From NCBI GenBank assembly GCA_004431415.1, contig QPMI01000655.1, forward strand, positions 62,001 through 126,000: a DNA stretch of 64,000 nt. Direction: 5' to 3'. Origin of the DNA: Cyanophora paradoxa CCMP329. Its lineage: Eukaryota; Plantae; Glaucophyta. Positions 1 through 11,005 of this stretch are shown here, piece after piece. Each line of letters begins with the position of its first letter. The first letter of the stretch is position 1. The notes beneath the pieces were generated by a model that saw only the letters and a program-made list of their open reading frames with translations, searched no databases and had not been told where the DNA came from. A program made the translations under genes and the position numbers.

Positions 1-453
1 CGCCCCTGACTGGGGGCGGCCGCACGCCGGCCCCGCCGGCGCCGGGCGCGCCGCGGCGGGACAACGCGAGAGGATGCGTACCTCCGCCGGGATCCGCCGG
101 GCTGTATAGCTAGATGTACTATTATGTACAGTGCATTTCATTGTACAGACTGCGTTTAAACAGTGTAATGTCTTTTGAAGTCTAAACATGGACAGTGCCA
201 CAGTCACGATAGATATCGTGTGGATGCAAATACGCGCGCTTTCGCACAGTTGACATGCCACGCTTGATAGCACGTACGTACACGTATATGCGTCAGATCG
301 ATATTGCAAGAGGGTTTAGATCTGCTGCTGCGGGGGGCGGGGCGCAGGGACTCGACTGCAGCTGCTGGGGGCGGGCCGGAGGGGGGCGCCGGCGGCGCGG
401 GGCGGGTGGGGCCTACGTGAAACGAAAGGGAGGGCGGGTAGCAGTCAGCGGGG

Positions 454-3352
454 TCACCGGAAGTGCTTGACGTCGTCCTGGAAGCGGGCGACGACGTCGG
501 CGACGGACATGACGCCGAGCATGTTCGACGCCGCCGCCTCCTCCTTGGCTGCCTCCTTCCCCTCCCCGTGCGCCCCGCCGGCCGCCCGCACCGCCACCGT
601 CCCGTCCGCCGCCTCCTTCTCGCCGACGACCAGGATGTAGTTGTAGTGCTGGATCTCCGCCTCCCGCACCTTCTTCGGCAGCTTCCGGTTCGTCGCGTCC
701 AGGTCCGTGTAGAAGCCGGCCTCGTTCAGCGTCCGGTGCACCTGCCCGCCGCCCGCGTCGGCGCCGGCCCGCGCGGGGCAGCCGGGGGGGCGGGCGGGGG
801 GCGGGGGACCTGGTGGGCGTAGTCGAGGAACTTCTCGGAGACGGGGATGACGATGGCCTGGCGGGGGGAGACCCAGAAGGGCCAGCGCCCGGCGCAGTGC
901 TCCGTGAGGATGGCGATGAAGCGCTCGACCGAGCCCAGGATGGCCCGGTGGATGATCACGGGGCGCGCGAGGCGGCCCTGCTCGCCCGAGCCCTCCGCCT
1001 CGGCCGTCGAGTACTGCAGGTTGAAGCGGATGGGGAGCTGGAAGTCGAGCTGGATGGTCGCGCACTGGTGCCGCCGCTTGAGGGCGTCGAAGACGGTGAT
1101 GTCGATCTTGGGGCCGTAGAAGGCGCCGTCGCCCGGGTTGAGCTCCCAGGGCTTGCCGAACTTGTCGAGGGCCGCCTTGAGGTCGGCCTCGGCGGTGTTC
1201 CAGACCTCGATGTCGCCGAGGAAGTTCTCGGGGCGCGTCGAGAGGCGCAGCTCGAACTCGAACCCGAAGCGCCCGTACACGCTCTCCATGAACCCCAGCG
1301 CCCCCTCGATCTCGCTCATGATCTGCCCCCGCCACGCCCGCCTCAGCCGCGCCAGGCGGGGGCGGGGCGGGGGCGGGGGCGGGGGCGGGGCGGGCCTGGT
1401 CCTGGGCGCAGAAGATGTGGGCGTCGTCCTGCTGGAAGCGGCGGACGCGGGTGAGGCCGGTGAGGGTCCCCGAGAGCTCGTTGCGGTGCAGCACGCCGAA
1501 GTCGGCCAGGCGCAGCGGCAGCTCGCGGTAGGACCGCGCCCGCTGGGCGAACATCAGGCAGTGCCCTGCCCCCGCCCCCGTCAGCCGCCGCGCGCGCCGG
1601 CGCTCCTGTGGCGGGGGGAGGCACCGGGGCAGTTCATGGGCTTGAGGCCGAACTGCTGCTTCTCGACCTCGAAGATGAACATGTTGTCCTGCGCGCCGCC
1701 GCCTCAGGGGCGGTGCGGGGGGCGAGGCGGGCGGGGCGGGCGGGGGCGGGCCTTGTAGTTCTTGGCGTGGCCGGAGGTCTCCCAGAGGGCGAAGTTGTAC
1801 ATGTTCGGCGTGATGACCTCGCTGAAGCCGCGCTTGCGGTACTCGCTCTGCCCCGCCCCCGCCCCGCCTCGGCGCCGGCCGGCGGGGCGCGCGGGGCGGG
1901 GCGGGGCGGGGGGCGCACGCGGATGAAGTCGACGAGCTTGTTGTAGATGCGGGCGCCGTTGGGGAGGAAGAAGCAGGAGCCCGGGGAGAGCTCGTGGAAG
2001 AAGAAGAGCTCCTGGGTGAGGCCGAGGCGCCGGTGGTCGCGCTTCGCGGCCTCCTCGATGCGGTGCTTGTACTCCTTCATCAGCTTGTCCGACGGGAAGG
2101 CCACGCCGTACACCCGCTGCAGCGAGTCGTTCTCCGCCTTGCCCTCCCAGTAGGCCGCCGAGTTCTGCCCCGCCCGGCCCGCCTCGGCCCCCGCGCGTGC
2201 GGAAGGAGGAAAAGAAAGGGCGGGGACCTTGGTGACGGTGAAGGCCTTGATCTTGCCGGTGTTGACGACGTGCGGGCCGCGGCAGAGGTCGACGAGCGCG
2301 CCGCTGCGGTACGCCGAGACCACCTCCCCGTCCGGCACCTTCTTGTTGATGATATCCAGCTTGAAGCGGTTCGTCTGCGCGCCCCGCGCTCGCTCGCTCG
2401 CGCGCGGGCTGGAGGCGAGAGGCGGGGTTGCGGCGCGCCTTGAACATCTCGCGGGCCTCGTCCTTGGTGAGCTCCATGCGCTCGAAGGTCTGCTTCTCCT
2501 TGATGATCTTGTTCACGAGCTCCTCCAGCTTGGGGAAGTCGAGCTCCGAGACCTTCCTGCAGCGGCCGTCGGGCGCGGCGAGCGAAGCGAGGCGGTCGCG
2601 CCGCGCACTGGTCGCCGAGGAACGCGTCGTAATAGAAGCCCTCCTCAATCGGGGGCCCGATGCAGAGCTGGCAGTTCTCGTAGATGAACTCCATCGCCTG
2701 GCCCAGAACGTGCGCCGACGAGTGCCAGAAGGCGTGCTTGCCCTCCTCCGAGTCGAACGTGAAGATCTGGAGGCTGCAGTCCTTCTCGAGCGGCCGGAAC
2801 ATGTCGTGGAACTTCCCGTCCACCTGCCGCACCAGAATCTCGTCAGCTGAGCCGGCGGCGTCGGAGAGACAAGCGCGCGAGCCTTGGCGACGACAGCGTC
2901 CTCTGCGAGGTTCTTCGAAATCTCGCGAGCGATGTCAAGCGGGGTGGTCTTGTTCGCCGTGCCGGTCTTCACGCTGCCGTTCGGCAGAGTAATCTTGATC
3001 TCGCCGCCGGTCACCGCTGCGGGTCAGGCGGGCTGCGTGAGCGCTTGAAGGGTGGAGAATATGCACTGGGGCCGCGGCGCGCGAGCTGCAGCGCCGCAGC
3101 TATGCGGCCAGGCCGCGCGCACCCGCGGCCTTCTTCGCTTTGAGCTCGTCCCACAGCTTGATGCGGTCCAGCACGAACTGAGGAGTTGGCAGCTCCACCT
3201 TCGCCGGCGCGGCCTTCTTCTCCTTCGCCGGCTTGGCGGGCTTGCCGTCGGCGACCTGCATCTTCTCGACCTTCTCGCTCACACCGTCGGCCTGGGAAGC
3301 AAGACGCGCTTAGAGCGGCCGTCGGGGAGGGGCTGGGTCGCAGGCGCACCAT
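454..3352 (-). CDS. TARS: Threonyl-tRNA synthetase, cytosolic type (12 exons)
   Basis: Spliced reading gives a TGS domain ([19 protein letters not shown]), [86 protein letters not shown] and an anticodon-binding C-terminus. The ATG at 3352 is followed directly by a GT intron; stop at 454. Confidence 0.97.
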
Positions 3353-3385
3353 CGAATTTGACGAACTGTACCCCGAGACAAAAAA

Positions 3386-4470
3386 ATGGACGGACCGCCG
3401 ATCGACGTAGAGGCGGCCCAGCCACCTCAGGAGCTGCCGCCCGATGCCGCGGGGGCGGCAGCCGCGTCCACGCTCTCGCCGACCGGCCTCCCAGAGCAGC
3501 AGACTGTCTACATTAACAACCTCTCGACGCGGATCAAGATTCCAGGTTCGCCGCGCCCGCAATGTGCCTCGAAACTGCCTGGAGCTAATCGCCCGCGCCC
3601 GCGGCCGCCGCCGGCTGGCAGAGCTGAAGAAGGCCCTCCACGCGATGTTCTCCCAGTTCGGCAAGATCCTCGACGTGCTGGCGGGCCGAGGACCGAGCCG
3701 GAAAGGGCAGGCGTGGATCGTGTTCGCGGAACAGGAGGCGGCGAACAACGCGCTCACGAAAATGCAAGGCTTCCCATTCTACGAGAAGCCCATGGTCCGA
3801 GGGCGCCCGCGCGCCCCATTCGTGTCTGAAGTCGCTCGCGCAGAGGTTGAACTTCGCGAAGGACAAGAGCGATGCTATCGCAAAGAGCGATGGCTCGTTC
3901 AAGCCCCGCGAGCGCGCCGAGAAAGAGAGTGCGAGCCCACAGCCCCGCCGCGAGGGCTGCAGCCTCTGACGCGCCGGATATGTGCTGCAGCTAAGAAGAA
4001 GAAGGCGGCTTCCGGGAAGGGCTCGAGCAAGAAGTCCAAAGTGCCCGTCATGCTCATGCTGCCGACGGGCCAGATGGTCCCCGCGCCTGCGGTGCGCCCG
4101 CTGCGCTGCATCGCCGGTCGCTTCCTGCCGCAGCTAACGGCCCGGCGCAGGGCATGGACATGCCGAACAAGACGCTCTTCGTGCAGCAGCTCCCGGAGGA
4201 GACGACCGACGTGATGCTCGGCATGCTCTTCCGGCAGTGCGCGCCGCCGCCGCCCGCCGCCCCGCGGGGCGCGCGGGGGCGCGGGGGCTCACGGGGCGGG
4301 GCGGGGGCAGGTTCCCGGGCTTCAAGGAGGTGCGCATGGTGCCGGGGAAGCCGGGCATCGCCTTCGTGGACTTCGAGGCGGAGGCGCAGTCGGCCGTCGC
4401 CATGCAGCAGCTCCAGAACTTCCGCATCTCCCCGCAGCACGTCATGCAGATCTCCTTCGCCAAGCGGTAG
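3386..4470 (+). CDS. U1A/U2B'' (SNF) spliceosomal two-RRM protein
   Basis: [14 protein letters not shown]|[38 protein letters not shown]|[14 protein letters not shown]; second [46 protein letters not shown]. Confidence 0.95.
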
Positions 4471-4966
4471 CGCTAGCGCCGGCTGCAGGGCCCCGACGTG
4501 TCTCCCCGTGTGTACAGCTCAAGTTGTCTCGCTCGTTTCACGTGCAACGTGCGGGGCCCGGTCTGGCGCGCACGCTGGACGTGGAGCGAACGATAACTCG
4601 AGCTGTTGGACTATTGGGGGTGGGGTTTTTTTTGAGGGGTGGGGGGGGGGGGGGGGGGGGGCGCGGAGCTAGCTCGGGTTAGCTGCAGCGCTAGCTAGGT
4701 GGGGAGCTAGCTCGGGTCAACTGCCCACCCGCTGCGCCGGTATCAGGCTTGGAAGCCGTCTCGCCGCTGAAGCGAGGGCCATCCAAATTATGTTCGTTTT
4801 TAGAGAGAATTGAATACAGTGCTGCTGGCCATGGGGGGCCTGTTTGCCTGCGTGCTGGCTGGGCGCCGCCGGGGCGCCGCCGGCCTTCCCCGCAGCCCAG
4901 AACGCTCGCCAGCCCCGCAGAGCGAACGACCGCTGATCCCCCGCATGCAGGCGCGGGAGGGGCCGC

Positions 4967-6220
4967 CTACTGAGCGAGCTTGACCTGCGCCACAAAAACG
5001 TCAGGACTTGCTCAGCGAGTCGTCGGCGTCGAGCTGCTGCGCCCAGCGCACCTTGCTGTGGCTCCCGTCACAGAAGGGGCGGCCCTTTGAGTGCCTGCGC
5101 CGCAGGATGAGCAGCTGAGCAGTTGGACGAAAGGGCTGGACGAAAGGGATGGCAAAGGTCGGGCGACGGCAAATAAAAGGTTGGACGACACAGGGCAAGG
5201 CCTAGGTTGGACGAGGGGGGTTGAAAGGGGGGCTGGGCGGGCTCTAAAGAAAGTTGGGCGGTAAATTAGGGGTTGGACGACGGGGGTTGCCAAGTTGGAC
5301 GGAGGGCTGCCAGGGCTGGACGGGCTCAAGCTTTAAAGAAAGTTGGACCAAAGTTGGACCGCAGCGCGCGGCTCTAGTTAAATACAAAAAAAAAATTTGG
5401 GCTCGCCCGCAGGTGCAGATCCAGTACGTTTTCTCATCCGAGGTATCGTTAGTTACTTTCATGCTCCCCAGAGAGGTGCCGTTCGCCGCGTTGTACGGCG
5501 TGTGGCTCCCGTCGCACATCGGCCATCTTTTGCTCTGTCAGTAAGGGTATGGTCGAGGGGTCGAGGGCGGTTTTGCTCGCTTTTTAGATTGGCCACACCT
5601 GCGCCGTGCACAAAGCCGATTAATCCCAAATCGAAAATCGCAAATCAAAGACCGGCGGCCTTTCGGAGTACACGTATAGCGGCAGTTAGTCCGGATCCCT
5701 GTCAACACCGTGCGACGCGATACTCACATGCAGGCCCAGATCGAGGCGCCGGGCGCAACCTTGACGGCTTGCGGGCCGGCCGTGACCGGAGTGGGCGGGG
5801 GGCGGGACTTCTCCGCCGTGTGGCAGGGGCAGTCCGAGCCGTCGGTGCAAACGTACTTCTCTGCGCCGAGCGATCGTGCGCGGCGATCAGATGCAAGTTT
5901 CGCGATGTTTATGCATCTATGATCGCGCGTCCTGCCTCGCGTGCAGGTCGCAGGGAATTCTAGCAAGTGTTCAGCTGGCTCGCATCTCGCCTAGCAGCGG
6001 TTCCCCAGCCGCATCACTTGCTCCGATTGATCAATTAGGGTCGAAGGATCCGCTCCGCCAACTCCCGGGCGAGCAGACCAGCCCAGCCGACGTGCCCGAG
6101 GTGCGAGGACGTATAATACGTCAACAACCCGCGAGTCGGGCCGCGACCAGCACGCTAGGCCAGATCGCGTATGATCTCGCGTGTGACGGCGCACGTGCGG
6201 GAGGCTTGCTTACCGGACAT
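4967..6220 (-). CDS. Small tandem-CDGSH 2Fe-2S protein (CISD3/MiNT-like, ~112 aa)
   Basis: Start gccgccATG TCC G|gtaagc at 6220. Spliced product MSEKYVCTDGSDCPCH...WACMCGQSKKWPMCDGSH...YWICTCGHSKGRPFCDGSHSKVKLAQ*, with two C-x-C-x9-CDGSH motifs. Confidence 0.88.
5120..5365. repeat. Degenerate (A/G)GTTGGAC repeat cluster inside a long CDGSH intron
   Basis: About ten irregularly spaced GTTGGAC/GCTGGAC copies. A related TTTCGTCCAACTTTCGTCCAACTTTCT..TTTAAA occurs at ~56715-56752. Confidence 0.65.
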
Positions 6221-6531
6221 GGCGGCGAGACGTGTCAGACGGGGTGGGGTGGCTTGTGGTTGGGGTACCGGTATAGTGGCTCAAGTCCCAAGACGTGGGC
6301 TCGAACGCCTGCTGGGAAATTAAAGCTGTTCGGAGCTGTCCAGAGTCAACGCTACAGTCCCTGCAAGCGGCTAGCGCTGCAGCACTGCGGCACACTGCAG
6401 TACAGCACATGGAGCTGCTGAGCTGCCCGTAGCGGCAGTTAGTAGGACCTTATCGCGACGCCTTGGGGCGTGTACACCGTCTCGCCGCGCGAGCTGGTGA
6501 TGACGCAGCTCAAGGCATTAGGTCTGAGTGA

Positions 6532-9500
6532 ATGAGGCGCGTCTCGGCGGCTCCGGCGGTGGCGCCGGCGGATGCGAAGGAGACGCGGCCGGCGTCGGAG
6601 CCCTCCAGCAAGAGCTATGGCGACTCGGCGGGGCTGCTGCCGATGGAGAAGGCAGAGATCTCGCTCGCTGTCATACAGCGCAAGCTGCAGGTGCGCTGGG
6701 CCTGCCGTACTCGACCGCCCTGCACTGTATCGGCTGCGGGGCTCTGAGCGCTCGCCGGGCCGCGGGGCTCTGAGCGCTCGCCCCGCCACACAGGAGTTTG
6801 CCGAGTCCTCGGGCCACCAGACGCTGCGTACGCGCGCCGCGGCCCGCCGCCGGCTTTGTCGCTAGCGCTCGCTCTGACCTGCCGCCGGGGTCGCCGACCG
6901 CGCGTCGCTCCGATCAGTGTTCTTCCTGGCCATCCTGGCAATCGCCATCTACATTGCCGGGACCTACGTGGAGAGCGCCGGCCTCGAGTGCGCATGCGCC
7001 CGCTCCCCGCCCGCCATCCGGGATCCCGGCCCTCGCCCACCCGCCCCTCGCCGACGCGGCGGCGCCCCGCGCGGCCCCCGCAGGCGCTGCCAGTTCGCGA
7101 TCTCGATCTTCTTCGTCGTGGAGTTCTTCCTCCAGTTCGCGGCGGCCGACAGCAAGCTCGAGTACCTCATCTCCTGGTTCGGCCTCGTCGACATCTGGTG
7201 CGCCCGCGGTCGAGACGCCGTCTCCGAGACTTCGACGCTGTTGATCGCAAGCACGGCGCTGACTCTCAACAGCTCGGCGCTGCCGATCATCCACCTGATC
7301 AACCCGAACATCGACACGCTGATCGTCTCCCTCCTGCGCTTCTGCGTCGTCCTGAGGCGCGCGCACCCCGCTCCGCCCCGCCCTCCGCAGCGGGCCCGGA
7401 AGGAGCTGAGGCCGTGCGGCCGGCAGAATGTCCCGAGTCGTTCTCCTCTTCCAGATCTGGTCCTCGCAGGACAACGGTGCGGCGGGCCCCGACCCTCCGT
7501 CCCCGCGCGCGGCGGCTCACGTGCTCGAGTCGCCCCGCGCGGCTGCAGACGTGTACCGGGAGGTTGTGTACCTGTGCTTCTCGATCATCTCGTTCATCCT
7601 CTTCGCGACGGGGCTCATCCACTGGCTGGACGGCGAGTGGCGGCTCTTCGCGGACGCGGCGCACGCGGCGGCCGGCACGCAGGGCGACCCCATTGCCTTC
7701 CACGAGGCCCTCTACTTCGTCGTCGTATCCATCTCCACCGTCGGTCCGCCCCGCCAGGCTTCGCTCCCGGCGCCTTGGTCCGCCCTTGAGGCCGGGGCAG
7801 GGTACGGGGACTACGTGCCGGACACGGCGGCGGGGCAGCTCCTAACCGTCCTCCTCCTCTGTACGTCGCCCCGCGCCGCCCCTTCCGCCTCGCCGGCCCA
7901 CTCGAGGCGTCCCGGCCCCGGGGGGCAGGCGCGGCGATCACGATCTTCCCGCTGCGGGCGGGGCGCCTCATCGCGGCCCTCTCGCAGACGACCTACTCGC
8001 GCGCCTCCTACTCCGCCCACCGCCGCAGCGCCCACGTCGTCGTGCGCGCCGCCCCCCCTCCCCACGCCGGCCCCCGCCCCGGCGGTCGGGGCTCAGGCGG
8101 GGCGGCAGGTGACGGGGGCCTTCACGGGGCACGAGCTGCGGCACCTCGCGGCGGAGCTGCTGCGGCCGGTGCGGGCCTCCGTGGGGCCCGACGGGGAGCC
8201 CCTCGCGCCCCGCCGCTGGCTCTCCCGCCTCTACTCGCGGCCCCTGCTCGGGCGCCTGCTCTCCCGGCTCCTCGCGGAGGGGGGCGGGGCGGGGGCCGGG
8301 GAGACGCGGCGGGAGGCGGCGCTGCACCTCGTGCTGCTGGCCCCCGGGGACCCCCCGCCCGACGTCCTCGCCTTCATGCAGAGCCAGCGCCACCGCGGCC
8401 GCGTACACTACCTCGCGGGGTCGCCGCTGAGCGCGGGGGACCTGCGGCGGGCGGCGGTGCGCAAGGCGCGGGCGGTCTTCATCGTGTCGCGGGAGCTGGG
8501 GCGGGACGTGTACGGGGCCGACGGGGCGAACCTGCTCGCCTGCGTCGCAGTGCGGCAGGTCGCCCCCGCCACCCCCATCTTCCTCCAGCACGCCACCAGC
8601 GACCTCAGCGTCCGCCCCGCCCCGCCCCGCCCGCCCCCCGGCCCCGGTCTGCCCGCCCGCCCGCCCCGGGGCCCACTGCCAGGGCGCAGGGGCGGGCGGG
8701 GCGGCTGGGCGCGACGGTGTCGGTGTGCCTGGAGGATGCGAAGATGCGGCTGCTGGCGCGGAGCGTGGTCTGCCCGGGGCTGGCGGCGCTCGTCTCGAAC
8801 ATCAGCACGCAGGACCGGCGCGTCTTCTTGGACCAGGGGGCCGAGCAGGGGGCGGCGCGGGCGGGGTCGGGGGCGGGGGACGGGGAGCAGGAGATGGAGC
8901 GGACGAGCACGCTGCTGCAGCGGCGGCTCGTCTCCATCCAGAGCGAGGCGGGCGAGCACCACGAGTACACGCTGCCCGAGGACGTCCGCGCCCGCAAGTC
9001 CCGCTTCCGCCACCTCTCCTCCTTCTTCATGCGCAAGGCCGAGCCGGCCGTCGCCGTCTCGTCGCCGTGGCAGGTCGAGTACGACTTCGGGGTCAGCCCT
9101 AGAACCGTTTCCCTTCTGTTCTGATTCCCAAACCGATTAATGTACCAGGCTCAGAAAGACTAACACGTCGAACCCCCGTGCAGGTCGCGAACGACTTCTA
9201 CACGGTGCCGCTGGGGCGGCCCTTCGAGGGCCTCCCCTGGCGCCGCGCCGCCCTCGCCGCCTACGACTCGCACGGCGTCCTCCTCCTCGGCGTGCAGCCG
9301 GCCGGGGGCGCCACGGGGCGCCGCGGGCGGGACTTCGTGGCCGTCCCCTCGGAGCGCCCCTGCCGCCCCGGCGACGTCGCCCTCTGCCTCACCATCTCCC
9401 CGCGCCGCGCCGAGCGCGTGCGCCCCGCCCCGCCCGCCCTCCCCGCCCACCCGCCTCCGCCCCTCATCCCCGCCGGCGCACGCAGCTGAACGAGCGGGCT

Positions 9501-10835
9501 GGAGCCCCGCGGCGGTGGCGGCGGCGGCGGCCGGGGAGTTGCCCGGCGAGCTCGCCGCGGCGGCCGGCGAGCTGCTCGCCCGCCTCGACGCCGCCGCCGC
9601 CGCCGCCGCCGCCCCGCCCGCTCCGCCCCGGAGGGCGAGGAGGAGCCGCCCGCGGAGCGGGCCGCGGCGGGGGCGGGGCCGGAGGGCGGGCGGGGGCGGG
9701 GCGGGTGCCGGAGGCGCCCGAGGCGGTGCTGGCGGCGGGGGCCACGTGGCGGTCTTCGGGGAGGTCTCCCCCTCGGGCCTCGCCTCGCTCGTCCGCTGCC
9801 TCCGCGCCGAGCTCGCGGCCGCGGGGCGCCCCGCCACGCCCGTCCTCCTCGCCGTCACCCCGGCCTCGGCCGAGGCGGCCTGGCTCCAGCTCGCCCCCGA
9901 GGAGCGCCGCGCCCTCTACGCCGTCCCCGACACCACCGGCCGCGGGCCCTACGCCATGGCCACCCTCTCCCGCGCCCGCGCCCGCGCCGCCTCGGCGGTG
10001 CTGGTGCTCGCGGAGAGGCGGGGGCGGGGGGAGCTGGGGGAGGGTGTGGACACGCCGGCGGTGCTGGCGGCGCTGGAGGCGATGGCGGCGCGGCGCCCCG
10101 CCGTCACCGTCGACCTCGTCTACGACTCCAACGCCCGCTTCCTCAACCCCGGCCTCGCCCCCGACCCCGGCCCCCACGCCCCCTCCCAGTCCGCCCCCGC
10201 CCCGCCCCGCCCGCCCGCCCGCCCCGCCTCACGGCGGCCTCGCAGGGAGGCGGAGCGGCACGTGCGGCTGTGCCCGGCCTTCGCGGCGGGGGCGGTCTAC
10301 TCGCACGCGGCGCTGTACACGCTGCTGTGCCTGTGCTACCACCAGGGCCCGGCGTGCGTGGCCTTCCTGCACCACGCGCTGGAGAGCCCGCGGCACCTCC
10401 AGCAGGCGGCCCTCCCCGCCCCCTTCGCCCAGCGCTCCTACAGGGACCTCGTCGCCGCCCTCCTCCGTGCCCCGGCCCCGCCCCGCCCCGCCCCCTTCCT
10501 CCCCGCCTCTGACTCGGCCCCGCGCAGTCTGCACGCCCTTTGTACCCCTGGGCCTCCTCCGCGCCCCGGGCACCGGCGGCTCCTCCGCCCCCTTCGTCTG
10601 TGCGCCCCCGCCGGGCGCCGCCCCGCGCCCGCCCCGCGCGCGCTGAGGGCCGCCGGCAGACACGAACCCGCACCCGGCGACGCGGCTCCTCGCGAGCGAC
10701 CGCGTCTTCCTCCTTCGCGGCCGCCCCGCCCCGCCCGCCGCCTCCTCCGACTCCGAGGGGCCCGCCAACGCCCTCGGGCCCCTCCACGTCGACTCCCCGC
10801 TCCGCTCCCCCGTCAGCCACACCTTCGACTTCTGA
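6532..10835 (+). CDS. Slo/BK-family K+ channel with two RCK domains
   Basis: TM segments, S4 LRFCVVLR|MSR, pore FHEALYFVVVSISTV|GYGDYVP, RCK1 (HVVV|TG, YLAGSPLSAGDLRRAAVRKARAVFIVS, CPGLAALVSN, WQVEYDFG), RCK2 (DLVYDSNARFL, AFAAGAVY, TNPHPATRLLASDRVFLL). Confidence 0.9.
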
Positions 10836-11005
10836 CCGCCCCGCTGCTTTACTAAGTTATGCGTGATGCTATGGCTTGCGATTCACATTATTTGTCCATG
10901 TAATTTCAACGAGTACAACAAGAACTGCGAAAAAGCCTTCGGAGGTGCAAGAAAAAGGGGGCGCGATGACGGGGGCGGGAGAGGGCGGGGCCGGGGCGTG
11001 CGGGG

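Noticed and set aside
1-110. 3' end of an upstream plus-strand gene
   Set aside because: GC-rich and followed by a UTR-like AT-rich tract, but too short to assign a frame or product.
4618-4662. Long poly-G and poly-C runs as functional G-quadruplex elements (also 20184-20240, 21180-21212, 32433-32464)
   Set aside because: They are mostly extensions of the general intron C/G tracts, and homopolymer lengths are unreliable.
5120-5365. CRISPR-like array
   Set aside because: The repeat core is only 7-10 bp, irregularly spaced, inside a eukaryotic intron, and there are no cas genes.
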